From positions 63,962-95,961 of the forward strand of contig NZ_QEFP02000004.1 in assembly GCF_003086415.1 (NCBI RefSeq): 32,000 nucleotides of DNA, written 5' to 3'. The DNA is from Candidatus Nanobsidianus stetteri (GTDB lineage: Archaea; Nanobdellota; Nanobdellia; Nanobdellales; Nanobdellaceae). The number at the start of each line of letters is the position of its first letter. Within the stretch, counting starts at the first letter, position 1. A program made the translations under genes and the position numbers. Shown here one piece after another: positions 15,333-24,684 of the stretch. Below the pieces are notes generated by a model. The model was not told the origin of the DNA. It did no database searches and saw only the letters and a list, made by a program, of their open reading frames with translations.

Positions 15333-18146
15333 TTATTCTAAAAATACAATAGCTGGTTTATATGGCATTGCCCTATTCTTTTTAGATTCTTCTGATTCCT
15401 CTTCATATTCTATAATTATATCTTTAACATTTAATTCAGATTTAAATAAATCTACAGCAGAATTTAATAGTTCATATTCTTTTTCTCTATCTAGAAATTC
15501 GTCAAGTATGTATATATTCTTCTTTACAAACGATAATATATCCCTGTAGTTTGGATAATTATTTAAAAATTCATCAATCTTATTTTTATTATTTCTTAAT
15601 TCATTAAATAATTCATATTTTTCTTTACTTGCAATTATTATTTTTACTTTATTAAATATTTTATTATTCATTAATATTTTTAACTTTATTAAATCATCTC
15701 TTACAGATTTTACATATTTCTCATACTTTTCATATTCATCTGTATAACTTAAATTTTCTGGATATCTTATATTAAAAGGATCCAGACCAATTTTTTCAAA
15801 TATTTCAGAAATAATATGGGGAACAATTGGATATAAAAATATTGCCTTATATTCAATATATTTATTTACAATTTTTCCATTTATCTTACCAGAAGCTCTC
15901 TTTAAATACCATTCAAAAGAATTATCCAATTCAAATATCTTATTAATAACATTCATATAATTTAATTTCCCATATTCATCTTCAATTTCTTTTGCCAATT
16001 TATTTAATTTATTTTCAAACCATAGATCTATATAACTTTTTTCATATTCTTTATGTTTATTATAATTTTCTATTGAATAATTATAGAATGATATTAAATA
16101 TTTCATTACGAATTCTGATTTTCCTAAATCTATCTTTGCATCATCATAGGATGAATTCGCAGACATTGCGATAATAAATCTTAATATATCTGCAGAATAT
16201 TTTCTTAAAGCATCTTTTAATGATATATAATTTCCCAAAGATTTTGACATTTTTCTTCCCAAAGCATCTACGGCATATCCATTTATAGCAATACCTCTTG
16301 GCCAATATTTTTTATCAAATATTGCTACATGATGAAATATAAAGAATGATAGATGATTTGGAATTAAATCTTTTCCAGAACTTCTTAAATCTACAGGATA
16401 CCAATATTCAAATTCTTCTTTCATCTTCTTTACAATATCTCCATATTTTCTTATTATTTCTTCCTCATTTCCTTTATTCAAAAATATATAATCAAATAAA
16501 TCATCCTCAATTTTATCTGGATTTATATTTTTTATTAAATGAGCAATTGTATAAAATGCCATATATATTGTAGAATCTGATAACGATTCTATTACCCAGG
16601 ATTTATCCCAGGGTAAAGGTGTTCCCAATTCATCCTTATTATGTGCACATGCCCAATCTTTCAACCAATCAATTTTTTGATGGAAATCTTGTCTTACATT
16701 TTCTGGATAAAAGTTCATATTATCTACACATTCATGAGCAAGTTTTTTCCATTCAGGATCTGAATATTTTAAGAACCATTGATTATCTATAATTTTTACA
16801 ATACATTGATTACCATACCTAGATTCAAATCTTGGTTTTAATGTATAATGTATCTTTGCTATATTTTTATCTATAAAATCTTTAGCAATATTATCCTTTG
16901 CTTCATATATTTTCATACCACTATATTTTCCAAAGATATCAGTTAATACTCCATTATAATATTCTAAAGAATATACTTCTTTTGTTGCATCTTCCAATTT
17001 TTGTACATCTTTTTGATTATTTATTTTCATTTTTTCAACAATCTCCTTTGCAGGTATATTATATCCAGGAACCTTAAATAAAACTTTCATATTATCTAAA
17101 CATTTCTTTGCTATTTCTTTATATTCTGTATTTAATAAATCTCTCAATCCAATATAATCATATGGAGCATGAGAAGGAACACTCATAACAATACCAGTTC
17201 CAGTTTTTGTATCAACAAATTCTGCAGGCAATATTGGTACTACTTCATTTGTTAATGGATTTATACATTCTTTTCCAATTAATTCTTTAACATCAATATC
17301 TTTAATTTTCTCTAATTTATATCCTTGTGCATTAAATTCATCAACAACTATTGTATCTGGTAATATATATTTATTACCACTTTCCTTATCTAAATATATT
17401 GAATATTTTCTATTTGGATTTATCCATATATTAGTTACTCCATATAATGTTTCTGGTCTTAATGTAAATGCTGGTAATATTATATTTTCATCCTTTAATC
17501 TAAATAAAATTATATAACCTTCTGTAGGACCTATTCCAGCATATTCATCAGGTCTATCATGATCTCCAACAGGTATATTTGCAACTGGATCATATACTAC
17601 AGGATGCTTTCCAGTTATAACTAAACCTTTTTCTTTCAATTTTCTATATTGCCATTCTATAAATTTATTATACCATGGATGTAAATATGTTGTATAAAAT
17701 TTTCTTCTCCAATCTATTGAACATCCCAAATTTTTTATATCTTCCTCAGCTTTTTCTACAAAGTATAAAGCCCATCCTGCTGGATCTTTTAATTTTTCTA
17801 TATCTTCATCAGAAACTCCTTCATCTTTTAATTCCTTTATAAGTTTTTTATCACCATTTCTCAATCTCCATGATTTTGCAACAATTGGTGATCCAGTTAA
17901 ATGAAAACCTTGGGGAAATAATACATTATAACCCTTTAATCTTTTATATCTAGCAATAATATCTACTCTAGTTAAAGATAAGGCAGTACCAATATGAAGA
18001 AATCCACTTACATATGGATAAGGAAATGTAACAAAAAACTTTGGTTTTCCTTTATCAGGATTCGAATAATATATTTGTTTTTCATCCCATATCTTTTGCC
18101 ATTTTTTCTCTATCTCTTTAAAGAATTCTATATTATTTTCATTCAT
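15333..18146 (-). CDS. leuS: leucyl-tRNA synthetase (archaeal type, 937 aa)
   Basis: It has PYPYVSGFLHIGTALS (HIGH region), the CP1 motif GTGIVMSVPSHAPYDY and GRKMSKSLGN. The length and C-terminal extension are typical of archaeal LeuRS. Confidence 0.95.
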   Translation of the reverse strand: MNENNIEFFKEIEKKWQKIWDEKQIYYSNPDKGKPKFFVTFPYPYVSGFLHIGTALSLTRVDIIARYKRLKGYNVLFPQGFHLTGSPIVAKSWRLRNGDKKLIKELKDEGVSDEDIEKLKDPAGWALYFVEKAEEDIKNLGCSIDWRRKFYTTYLHPWYNKFIEWQYRKLKEKGLVITGKHPVVYDPVANIPVGDHDRPDEYAGIGPTEGYIILFRLKDENIILPAFTLRPETLYGVTNIWINPNRKYSIYLDKESGNKYILPDTIVVDEFNAQGYKLEKIKDIDVKELIGKECINPLTNEVVPILPAEFVDTKTGTGIVMSVPSHAPYDYIGLRDLLNTEYKEIAKKCLDNMKVLFKVPGYNIPAKEIVEKMKINNQKDVQKLEDATKEVYSLEYYNGVLTDIFGKYSGMKIYEAKDNIAKDFIDKNIAKIHYTLKPRFESRYGNQCIVKIIDNQWFLKYSDPEWKKLAHECVDNMNFYPENVRQDFHQKIDWLKDWACAHNKDELGTPLPWDKSWVIESLSDSTIYMAFYTIAHLIKNINPDKIEDDLFDYIFLNKGNEEEIIRKYGDIVKKMKEEFEYWYPVDLRSSGKDLIPNHLSFFIFHHVAIFDKKYWPRGIAINGYAVDALGRKMSKSLGNYISLKDALRKYSADILRFIIAMSANSSYDDAKIDLGKSEFVMKYLISFYNYSIENYNKHKEYEKSYIDLWFENKLNKLAKEIEDEYGKLNYMNVINKIFELDNSFEWYLKRASGKINGKIVNKYIEYKAIFLYPIVPHIISEIFEKIGLDPFNIRYPENLSYTDEYEKYEKYVKSVRDDLIKLKILMNNKIFNKVKIIIASKEKYELFNELRNNKNKIDEFLNNYPNYRDILSFVKKNIYILDEFLDREKEYELLNSAVDLFKSELNVKDIIIEYEEESEESKKNRAMPYKPAIVFLE

Positions 18147-18200
18147 AAAGTAATTTAAATATAAAAATACTTTTAAAATTATTTTTTATGATTTTATTAA

Positions 18201-18818
18201 ATGGCATATAATAAAAAGTATGCTGATTGGGGTAAAAAGGTATGGGTAGATATATATGCACCTGTAGAAATATTTAATGAAAATAAAATTGGAGAAACAC
18301 CAGTAAATAAGGATAATATTGAAAATGTTATTGGAAGAACTGTAGATTTAAATCTTGCATTTGTATTGAATAATTTTAAGTATCAGAACTATAAGGTTAT
18401 ATTTCAAATAAATAAAGTATCCGGATTAAAAGCTTATACAGAAGTAAAGGAGGTAATGTTGTATCCATCATATATAAGAAGAATAACCATGAAGGGAACA
18501 TCAAAGATAGAAGATTCATTTATAGTAAAAACAAGTGATGGATATGATGTAAGGATAAAACCATTAGTTATTACAAGATTTAAAGCACATAGATCACAAA
18601 GAACTGAAATAAGAAAAGTATATAGAAAATATTTAGAAGAGAAAGTTTCTTCATTAAAATATTATGAACTCATTGAGAAAGTAATAAATTATGATTTACA
18701 AAATGAAATAAAGCCAGCATTAAATAAAATATTTCCTGTTAGTTATGTTGAAATAAAGAGAATAACAAAAATAAGTCAAGCTAAACAAAGAATTCAACAA
18801 GCAGTAGAAAATAAATAG
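18201..18818 (+). CDS. rps3ae: 30S ribosomal protein S3Ae (eS1)
   Basis: The N-terminus ..ADWGKKVWVDIYAP.. and the roughly 200-aa length match the S3Ae family. Confidence 0.9.
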   Translation: MAYNKKYADWGKKVWVDIYAPVEIFNENKIGETPVNKDNIENVIGRTVDLNLAFVLNNFKYQNYKVIFQINKVSGLKAYTEVKEVMLYPSYIRRITMKGTSKIEDSFIVKTSDGYDVRIKPLVITRFKAHRSQRTEIRKVYRKYLEEKVSSLKYYELIEKVINYDLQNEIKPALNKIFPVSYVEIKRITKISQAKQRIQQAVENK

Positions 18819-19967
18819 TTATTTTTTAATTTCTATTAGAAATCCTTTAAGATATGATAATTCTTTATGTGGAAATATAACTTTATGATCTAAAGCTTGA
18901 TTAAATTTATACAATATTTCAAATTTCTTATTTTTTCTTCTTATTAATGTTCTAATTAATGAATAAAATTTTCTTTCATTTAAATCTTGAGAACATGAAA
19001 ACGTTATTAAATATCCTTCATCAATTAAATCTAAGGCAATGGAATTTATTAATATAAAACTTCTAATTCCCTTTTCATAATTTTCTGCCAATAGATCTGG
19101 AGGATCCAATATAATTATATCAAATTTCCTTTTTTCTAAATAAAATTGTTTTAATATTTTATATGCATTACCATTTATTACATTATAATTTTCTATATTA
19201 TTTAATTTCAAATTTCTATATAACATGCTAGTTGATTCTTTATTTTTTTCAATAAAATATTTTTCCTCACCATTAATAATTATACCAAAAGATCCTGAAT
19301 ATGAAAATACATCCAAAACTCTATCTCCATATAATTGACTAACAATTTTCCTATTTTCTCTTTGATCTAAAAACCATCCGGTCTTTTGCCCCTTTAATAT
19401 ATTTATATAAAATTTTTTATTTACTTCCTCTATTTCAGTTTCATATTTATTTCCATAAATAAACCTCTCTATAGGTTTTAAATATGATCTTTCCCTTTGT
19501 TTTCCAATACTCTTTTCATAAATTGTAATATCTTTTCCATATACATCTATTAATGCATCTCTAATTATATTAATATTTTTGTCAAAAAAAGCATTTGAAT
19601 TTTGTATTACAAATATATTATTATATTTATCTATAATTAAACCAGATAAAAAATCTGATTCTGAATATATCAATCTATAATGATCTTTATAATTTATTGT
19701 TTTTTCTCTATATTCTTTCGCTTTCTTTATTTTTTCCTTTATCTCATTATATATATCTATATCTTCATTATATGAAAATATTCTAATATAATGATATTGA
19801 TCTTTTGGATTTATTATCCCCCAAGCTAAAAAATTATTATTATATTTTAATTTAACCAATTCGCCAGGTTCTGCCTCAATTTTTTTAATCCAATTTACAG
19901 AAAAAACCTGTCTTCCTTTTTTTATTTCTCTTTTTACCCTTTCTCCAACTTCAATTTCATATTGCAT
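18819..19967 (-). CDS. SAM-dependent RNA methyltransferase, RlmI-like (PUA-like N-domain plus class I MTase, COG1092 type)
   Basis: It has GWFLDQRENR, VLDVFSYSGSFG (SAM motif I) and ILDPP (motif IV). Its start overlaps the upstream gene by 11 nt. Confidence 0.8.
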   Translation of the reverse strand: MQYEIEVGERVKREIKKGRQVFSVNWIKKIEAEPGELVKLKYNNNFLAWGIINPKDQYHYIRIFSYNEDIDIYNEIKEKIKKAKEYREKTINYKDHYRLIYSESDFLSGLIIDKYNNIFVIQNSNAFFDKNINIIRDALIDVYGKDITIYEKSIGKQRERSYLKPIERFIYGNKYETEIEEVNKKFYINILKGQKTGWFLDQRENRKIVSQLYGDRVLDVFSYSGSFGIIINGEEKYFIEKNKESTSMLYRNLKLNNIENYNVINGNAYKILKQFYLEKRKFDIIILDPPDLLAENYEKGIRSFILINSIALDLIDEGYLITFSCSQDLNERKFYSLIRTLIRRKNKKFEILYKFNQALDHKVIFPHKELSYLKGFLIEIKK

Positions 19968-21279
19968 ATTCGGTTGATAATATTAAATAATACAAACCAG
20001 AATTTATATTGCCCATATTTATTAAATCTTTTCCAAATTGTAAATAATTATAAGAAGTTATAGAAAATCCATATTTATTATAGTAATAATAATCTAACTG
20101 TTCTATCGATTTTATAGTATCATTACTAATATAATTTGTACTATTTGTTATATATAAATAATATAAATTAGATAAATAGTCCATTTTTTCAAAACATGAT
20201 AAATTTAATGGCAATTGATATTGATATAAATATTGCATTAATGTATATTGTTGATCTATTAATGAACATTCATTTTCTTTATATATATTATCTGTTATTG
20301 ATAAAAATTGAGCCCAACCAATTGCTGAATAATATCTCCAATATGATTCTTGTAAATTATCTAAAGTTTCATTAGCATTTTCTAATCTTGATATTACTTG
20401 ATATTTTATTTCTTCACATTCATAATTTCCAAAGCATTGATAATTATTTATATAATTGTAAAAATCTGTTATATCTTTTTCTAATTCTTCTCTAGTTATA
20501 TTTGGATAAAATTTTGGATTAGTAACTTTTTGTTCAAAACATAAACTTGCCGCTGTATAATAATCTCCCAAAGAAATATAATAATTTACAGTACTATTAT
20601 TTATTCCACTACATATTTCATTTGTTATATTTTTCATAACATCTATATAATCTTGAGGAACATTATATGTACTATTAAATTGCTCTCCAAAATATATTTT
20701 TTCCAAATCTAGTATTGTATATACAGGAATTATGTTAGAATTATTATAATATGGAGCCACCATATATGGAAAATATTGTAAAGTTGCATTTAGTTTATAT
20801 CTAATACCTTCAACTGGTGCTATTATTCCATTTGGTAACATAAAACCTGTGATTGGATAATCAACTATTGCAGTTTTATTTGATAAGGCTTCTAAAACAA
20901 GTAACGTTAATCCTGCAGTACCTGAAAATCCTTCTGCAAACAATACATCATTTGAACTAAAATAATAATCATAATTATTACATTTATTTGGATATATATT
21001 ACATGCAGCAACCTTTGCAAATAAATATGCTAACTCATAATCATCATATGATATTGGAGGAATACTTGCATACACATTTCCAGAACCTGGGGATATTCTT
21101 AAGAAAAACTGTGTAACTTCTCCAGATAAATTATTTGATTGATTTAGAACCGCAGGAATATATACTGAATATTCATTACTATATGAAAAATTAAATCTTT
21201 CACTATATAATATTAATAGAAATCCTAATAATACTATAAATAATGCAATTAAGTAATATAATATAATTCTTTTGCTCAT
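19957..21279 (-). CDS. membrane-anchored or secreted glycoprotein with a Lon-protease-like (S16, Ser-Lys) domain
   Basis: The N-terminal hydrophobic anchor is MSKRIILYYLIALFIVLLGFLLILY. EGFSGTAGLTLLVLEALSNKTAIVDYPITGFMLPNGIIAPVEGIRYKLNAT aligns by eye with the Lon C-terminal DGPSAG....TGE..L.G.V.P.GG...K..AA. There are at least a dozen N-x-S/T sequons. ATG 21279 is preferred over the TTG at 21288. Confidence 0.55.
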   Translation of the reverse strand: MSKRIILYYLIALFIVLLGFLLILYSERFNFSYSNEYSVYIPAVLNQSNNLSGEVTQFFLRISPGSGNVYASIPPISYDDYELAYLFAKVAACNIYPNKCNNYDYYFSSNDVLFAEGFSGTAGLTLLVLEALSNKTAIVDYPITGFMLPNGIIAPVEGIRYKLNATLQYFPYMVAPYYNNSNIIPVYTILDLEKIYFGEQFNSTYNVPQDYIDVMKNITNEICSGINNSTVNYYISLGDYYTAASLCFEQKVTNPKFYPNITREELEKDITDFYNYINNYQCFGNYECEEIKYQVISRLENANETLDNLQESYWRYYSAIGWAQFLSITDNIYKENECSLIDQQYTLMQYLYQYQLPLNLSCFEKMDYLSNLYYLYITNSTNYISNDTIKSIEQLDYYYYNKYGFSITSYNYLQFGKDLINMGNINSGLYYLILSTEYAI

Positions 21280-21302
21280 TTTATTCAAAATATAGGAAAT
21301 CT

Positions 21303-22166
21303 TTATAAATTTCTATTATCCACATAATTTGAAGATTTAATTATTTCATCTAGATTTTTTAGATAATATTTTACTATTTTTTGATTATAATATACTCTAA
21401 AATCAATTTCAAAGTAATATATTTTTTTATTGTTCATATTTGTAGTTCTTATATCTTTTAAACTTAAATTATAGACATTATATTTTATTGCACCTCTTTT
21501 AATTATTTTGAAATTCTGTTCTATTGTTTTTTTCGCCCAATTCACATATCCCAAATTCTCAGAATAAAAATAAATTATTCCATAAAGATTAATTTTATCT
21601 GTTTTTCTAATTAAGTCAAATTCTTGTGTCCTCTTTAATAAATATTGATATAACATTAATTGGCCTGAATTTATTTTTATTAGTCTGAAAATTTCTCTAT
21701 TTAAAATATCTTCCCTTGATTCTTTTACATGATCGATAAAGTCAGTAAGATTAAAAGACTTTACTTCATGAATCTTTGCTTTATTATACATATCACCTTC
21801 AAAACTTAATCCATCAGGTTCTCCAACTATTAATATACGATATCCGTTACGGTATTCAATCGATATTAGAGGATATACTTTAGATTTTGTTTTTAATATT
21901 AACATTTTTTCAAAATGACTTGCAAATTCTTTATTACTAGCATACCAACGATTTTCTTTAGATATTTCATTGCTTCCTTTTTTATTATGTTTAACAAGAA
22001 GACTTGCAGCTACTACAGGTATATTTCCATATTCTTTTTTTATTTTATTTTCTAAAAAATCCTCTAATCTCTTTAGATATGAACTATCATAATTAGGATT
22101 ATTTGTTTTTTCTTGTAAGTCTCCTATTAAAATTTCTAATATTGATACTCCGTGATGATGGTACAT
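21303..22166 (-). CDS. PD-(D/E)xK nuclease, Cas4/RecB-like, with no Cys cluster
   Basis: The motif order is VGEPDG (D), KIHEVKS (ExK), then SGQLMLYQYLL (QxxxY). The 287-aa protein contains no cysteine at all. It has its own TATA (TTTTATAAATA) about 30 nt upstream. Confidence 0.55.
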   Translation of the reverse strand: MYHHHGVSILEILIGDLQEKTNNPNYDSSYLKRLEDFLENKIKKEYGNIPVVAASLLVKHNKKGSNEISKENRWYASNKEFASHFEKMLILKTKSKVYPLISIEYRNGYRILIVGEPDGLSFEGDMYNKAKIHEVKSFNLTDFIDHVKESREDILNREIFRLIKINSGQLMLYQYLLKRTQEFDLIRKTDKINLYGIIYFYSENLGYVNWAKKTIEQNFKIIKRGAIKYNVYNLSLKDIRTTNMNNKKIYYFEIDFRVYYNQKIVKYYLKNLDEIIKSSNYVDNRNL

Positions 22167-22204
22167 AATTATAGTAATTTAGTAAAGTTTATTTATAAAA
22201 TAAA

Positions 22205-22288
22205 CGCCGCGGGTGGGATTTGAACCCACGCCCCCTTTCGGGGAATGGATTAGCAATCCATCCCCTTGGGCCACTCGGGCACCGCGGC
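22205..22288 (-). tRNA. tRNA-Ser (anticodon GCU), class II with long variable arm
   Basis: The manual fold has acceptor GCCGCGG/CCGCGGC plus G, anticodon stem AUGGA/UCCAU with loop UUGCUAA, variable arm CCCCGAAAGGGGG and T arm GUGGG-UUCAAAU-CCCAC. It is 84 nt. Confidence 0.9.
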
Positions 22289-22310
22289 ATATTAGATTTT
22301 TTAAAAATTA

Positions 22311-22320
22311 TTATTTATAA
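22311..22320 (-). promoter_or_regulatory. TATA-like element (TTATAAATAA) upstream of tRNA-Ser
   Basis: It spans -32..-23 relative to the mature 5' end at 22288, with its centre at about -27. Confidence 0.4.
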
Positions 22321-22322
22321 CT

Positions 22323-22730
22323 TTAAGTTGTTATGTTATACTCTATATCGTATAAAACATTATCAAATGTATACAATAATTGAATTAATGTATTATTCTC
22401 AATAATTATATTTTTTACATAGCATAATACTGATTGATTTGAATATATTATTTCTTTTTCACATGTTAAATTGTATATATTATCGGTTATATTTAATATA
22501 AAATTAGAAGTATTTATATATGGCAATTGATAATCAGTTATATTTAAATATAAAATATTATTTATATAATTTGCATTATATTGATATGGATTTGGATAAA
22601 ATGTTATATTTATTGGCATATTTTCTGAACTACTTATATTTTTGCCAAATAATTTATAAAAGGCTATATAAAATATTACAAAGAATATTACTGCAAGCGC
22701 AATAAATGTTATTATGTCTTCTTTTTTCAT
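22323..22730 (-). CDS. small N-terminally anchored, sequon-dense surface protein (135 aa)
   Basis: It has the N-terminal TM helix IITFIALAVIFFVIFYIAFY, nine N-x-S/T sequons counted by hand and two Cys. Confidence 0.55.
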   Translation of the reverse strand: MKKEDIITFIALAVIFFVIFYIAFYKLFGKNISSSENMPINITFYPNPYQYNANYINNILYLNITDYQLPYINTSNFILNITDNIYNLTCEKEIIYSNQSVLCYVKNIIIENNTLIQLLYTFDNVLYDIEYNITT

Positions 22731-22765
22731 TAAAATTTTTTAAGAATAAAACTTAAAAAATATTA

Positions 22766-22972
22766 ATGAAAAAAATAAGGGTATTTATCGAAAGATATTA
22801 TACTGAAAATAATATTGAATTTAATGGAAATACTGTAAAAGATTTATTAAATATGTTAAACTTAGATCCTTCAAGATTTATTGTTGTAAAAAATGGAGAA
22901 ATTGTAACAGAGGATGATATAATAAATGATGGAGATTATATAAAAATATTGGATTCTGTTTCTGGAGGATAA
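22766..22972 (+). CDS. ubiquitin-like beta-grasp protein of the ThiS/MoaD/SAMP type with a C-terminal Gly-Gly
   Basis: It is 68 aa and ends in ..VKNGEIVTEDDIINDGDYIKILDSVSGG followed directly by a stop. This pattern is typical of sulfur-carrier or SAMP proteins. Confidence 0.7.
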   Translation: MKKIRVFIERYYTENNIEFNGNTVKDLLNMLNLDPSRFIVVKNGEIVTEDDIINDGDYIKILDSVSGG

Positions 22973-23003
22973 ATTTATAATATCTAAAATATTTTTCTAT
23001 TTT

Positions 23004-23921
23004 ATGTATGATCCGTTTTATTTAGATTATTATTCAATAATTAAAAAATATGAAAATATTGAAGAATTAAATTATAAAAAGGTATTAATATCTGGAATGG
23101 GGGGTTCTGGAATTTATGGAGATTATACAAAACAAATATTAAATGATAGAGAAATAGTTGTTTGTAAAGATTATTTTTTACCAAAATTTATTGATAAAGA
23201 TTGGTTAACAATATTTATCTCATATTCTGGAGATACTGAAGAAACATTAAATTGTATGAACGAAGCAATAAACAATGGAAATAAAATTATAGCAATTTCT
23301 TCTGGAGGAGAAATGGAAAAAATAGCTAAAGAAAAAAATTTATATTATATAAAAATAGATAACAATTATCCAGCAACAAGATATACATTTCCAGTAATTT
23401 TAGGAATAATTTTATCTATATTAGATAAGAAAAAATATTATGAACTATTAGAAATATTAAAAAATTATAGAGAAAGATTAAAAGATTTATCAATATTTGT
23501 AAATGATGTAAAAAATCCAATAATGATTTATACAGATGTAAAACATGAACCTGTTGCTTTAGCATTAAAGATGCATCTAAATGAAGATGCAAAATGGTTT
23601 TCTGAATATGGAATAATTTCAGAATATAATCATCATGATTTAGAAGGTATATCAAAATTAAATATAGATTTTATTTTATTGAAATTTAATTATTATGAAA
23701 GAATTGAATATAGGATAAATTATATGAAAGATTTATTGGAAATGTATGGAAATAATGTTCTTTTATTTGATTTAAAATATAGAAATTTAATGGAAGAACT
23801 TGTTTTAGGTACATTATCATTAAGAACTTTTACATTAAAACTGGCAGAAAGGAATAATGTAGATCCTTATCATAGTAAAAATATTGCAGGACTAAAAGCA
23901 TTTTTAAAGAATATTAAATAA
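23004..23921 (+). CDS. bifunctional phosphoglucose/phosphomannose isomerase (SIS domain, crenarchaeal-type PGI/PMI)
   Basis: ISGMGGSGIYGDY and ISYSGDTEETLN are present, and the roughly 300-aa length fits the family. Confidence 0.75.
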   Translation: MYDPFYLDYYSIIKKYENIEELNYKKVLISGMGGSGIYGDYTKQILNDREIVVCKDYFLPKFIDKDWLTIFISYSGDTEETLNCMNEAINNGNKIIAISSGGEMEKIAKEKNLYYIKIDNNYPATRYTFPVILGIILSILDKKKYYELLEILKNYRERLKDLSIFVNDVKNPIMIYTDVKHEPVALALKMHLNEDAKWFSEYGIISEYNHHDLEGISKLNIDFILLKFNYYERIEYRINYMKDLLEMYGNNVLLFDLKYRNLMEELVLGTLSLRTFTLKLAERNNVDPYHSKNIAGLKAFLKNIK

Positions 23922-23975
23922 AGTTCTGATTTTGTTTGATGATAATTTTTTAACTTATAAATTAATATTTAGTTT

Positions 23976-24539
23976 ATGGAATGGTATAATAAAGATGAGA
24001 TGAAAAAGTTAATAACTAAGAAAAACTCTGTTCTTGTAGTATGGGATGTACAAGAAGCTCTAGTTAATTCAATATTTAATAAAGATGAATTTCTTACCAA
24101 ACTTAAAGAATTAATAAACTCTGCAAGACAATATAATATTCCGATAGTTTACACTAAGATAACACCTTTACCAGAAAGATTTCAGCCTCCATATTTAAAA
24201 AGGAGATTTAACCCAGGAGATATAGTAAAAGAAGTGTATCCTACAGAAAATGATATAATAATAAATAAAAACACGACTTCTATATTTGTAGGAACTAACT
24301 TTGAACTTATGTTGAGAAATGCTGGAATTAATGTTATTATTTTTACAGGAATTGCTACAGATATTGGGGTAGAGACTTCAGCAAGGCATGCCCACGCTTT
24401 AGGATTCTTACCAATAATAGCTAGAGAAGCGGTATCTTCTTCTGACAAACAAGCTCATGAAAGATCTTTAGCCAACATGAGTAAACTAATGTTAGTTCTA
24501 GACAACAAAGAAATAATAGAAAGGTGGAGTTCTGAATAA
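23976..24539 (+). CDS. isochorismatase-family hydrolase (Cys of the usual triad replaced by Gly)
   Basis: [10 protein letters not shown] (catalytic Asp region) and [18 protein letters not shown] are present. The second motif corresponds to the usual G.AT..CVE.TARDA, with G at the Cys position. Confidence 0.75.
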   Translation: MEWYNKDEMKKLITKKNSVLVVWDVQEALVNSIFNKDEFLTKLKELINSARQYNIPIVYTKITPLPERFQPPYLKRRFNPGDIVKEVYPTENDIIINKNTTSIFVGTNFELMLRNAGINVIIFTGIATDIGVETSARHAHALGFLPIIAREAVSSSDKQAHERSLANMSKLMLVLDNKEIIERWSSE

Positions 24540-24684
24540 TAAATTTTTTAAATCATTTTAAACTTTATTAATCATAATAATTAGTACTTAAGTAGCTATT
24601 TATAAACAAAATCTTTATCTAAATAAAAAAGAGAATAAAGTAGCAAATACAAAGCTTAAATATATCAGTGTTGTTAATGTAGAT

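Noticed and set aside
22220-22405. A 61-aa ORF on the plus strand
   Set aside because: Its first third is the antisense of tRNA-Ser (22205..22288) and the rest overlaps the 135-aa gene on the other strand. It is an artefact of the GC-rich tRNA being free of stop codons.
23922-23975. A TGATGA motif in the PGI/PMI-isochorismatase spacer, plus other isolated UGAUGA matches such as 13144..13152 and 22151..22157, considered as further C/D box sRNAs
   Set aside because: None has a CUGA at the expected spacing of about 12-13 nt, and none has a second C'/D' pair.
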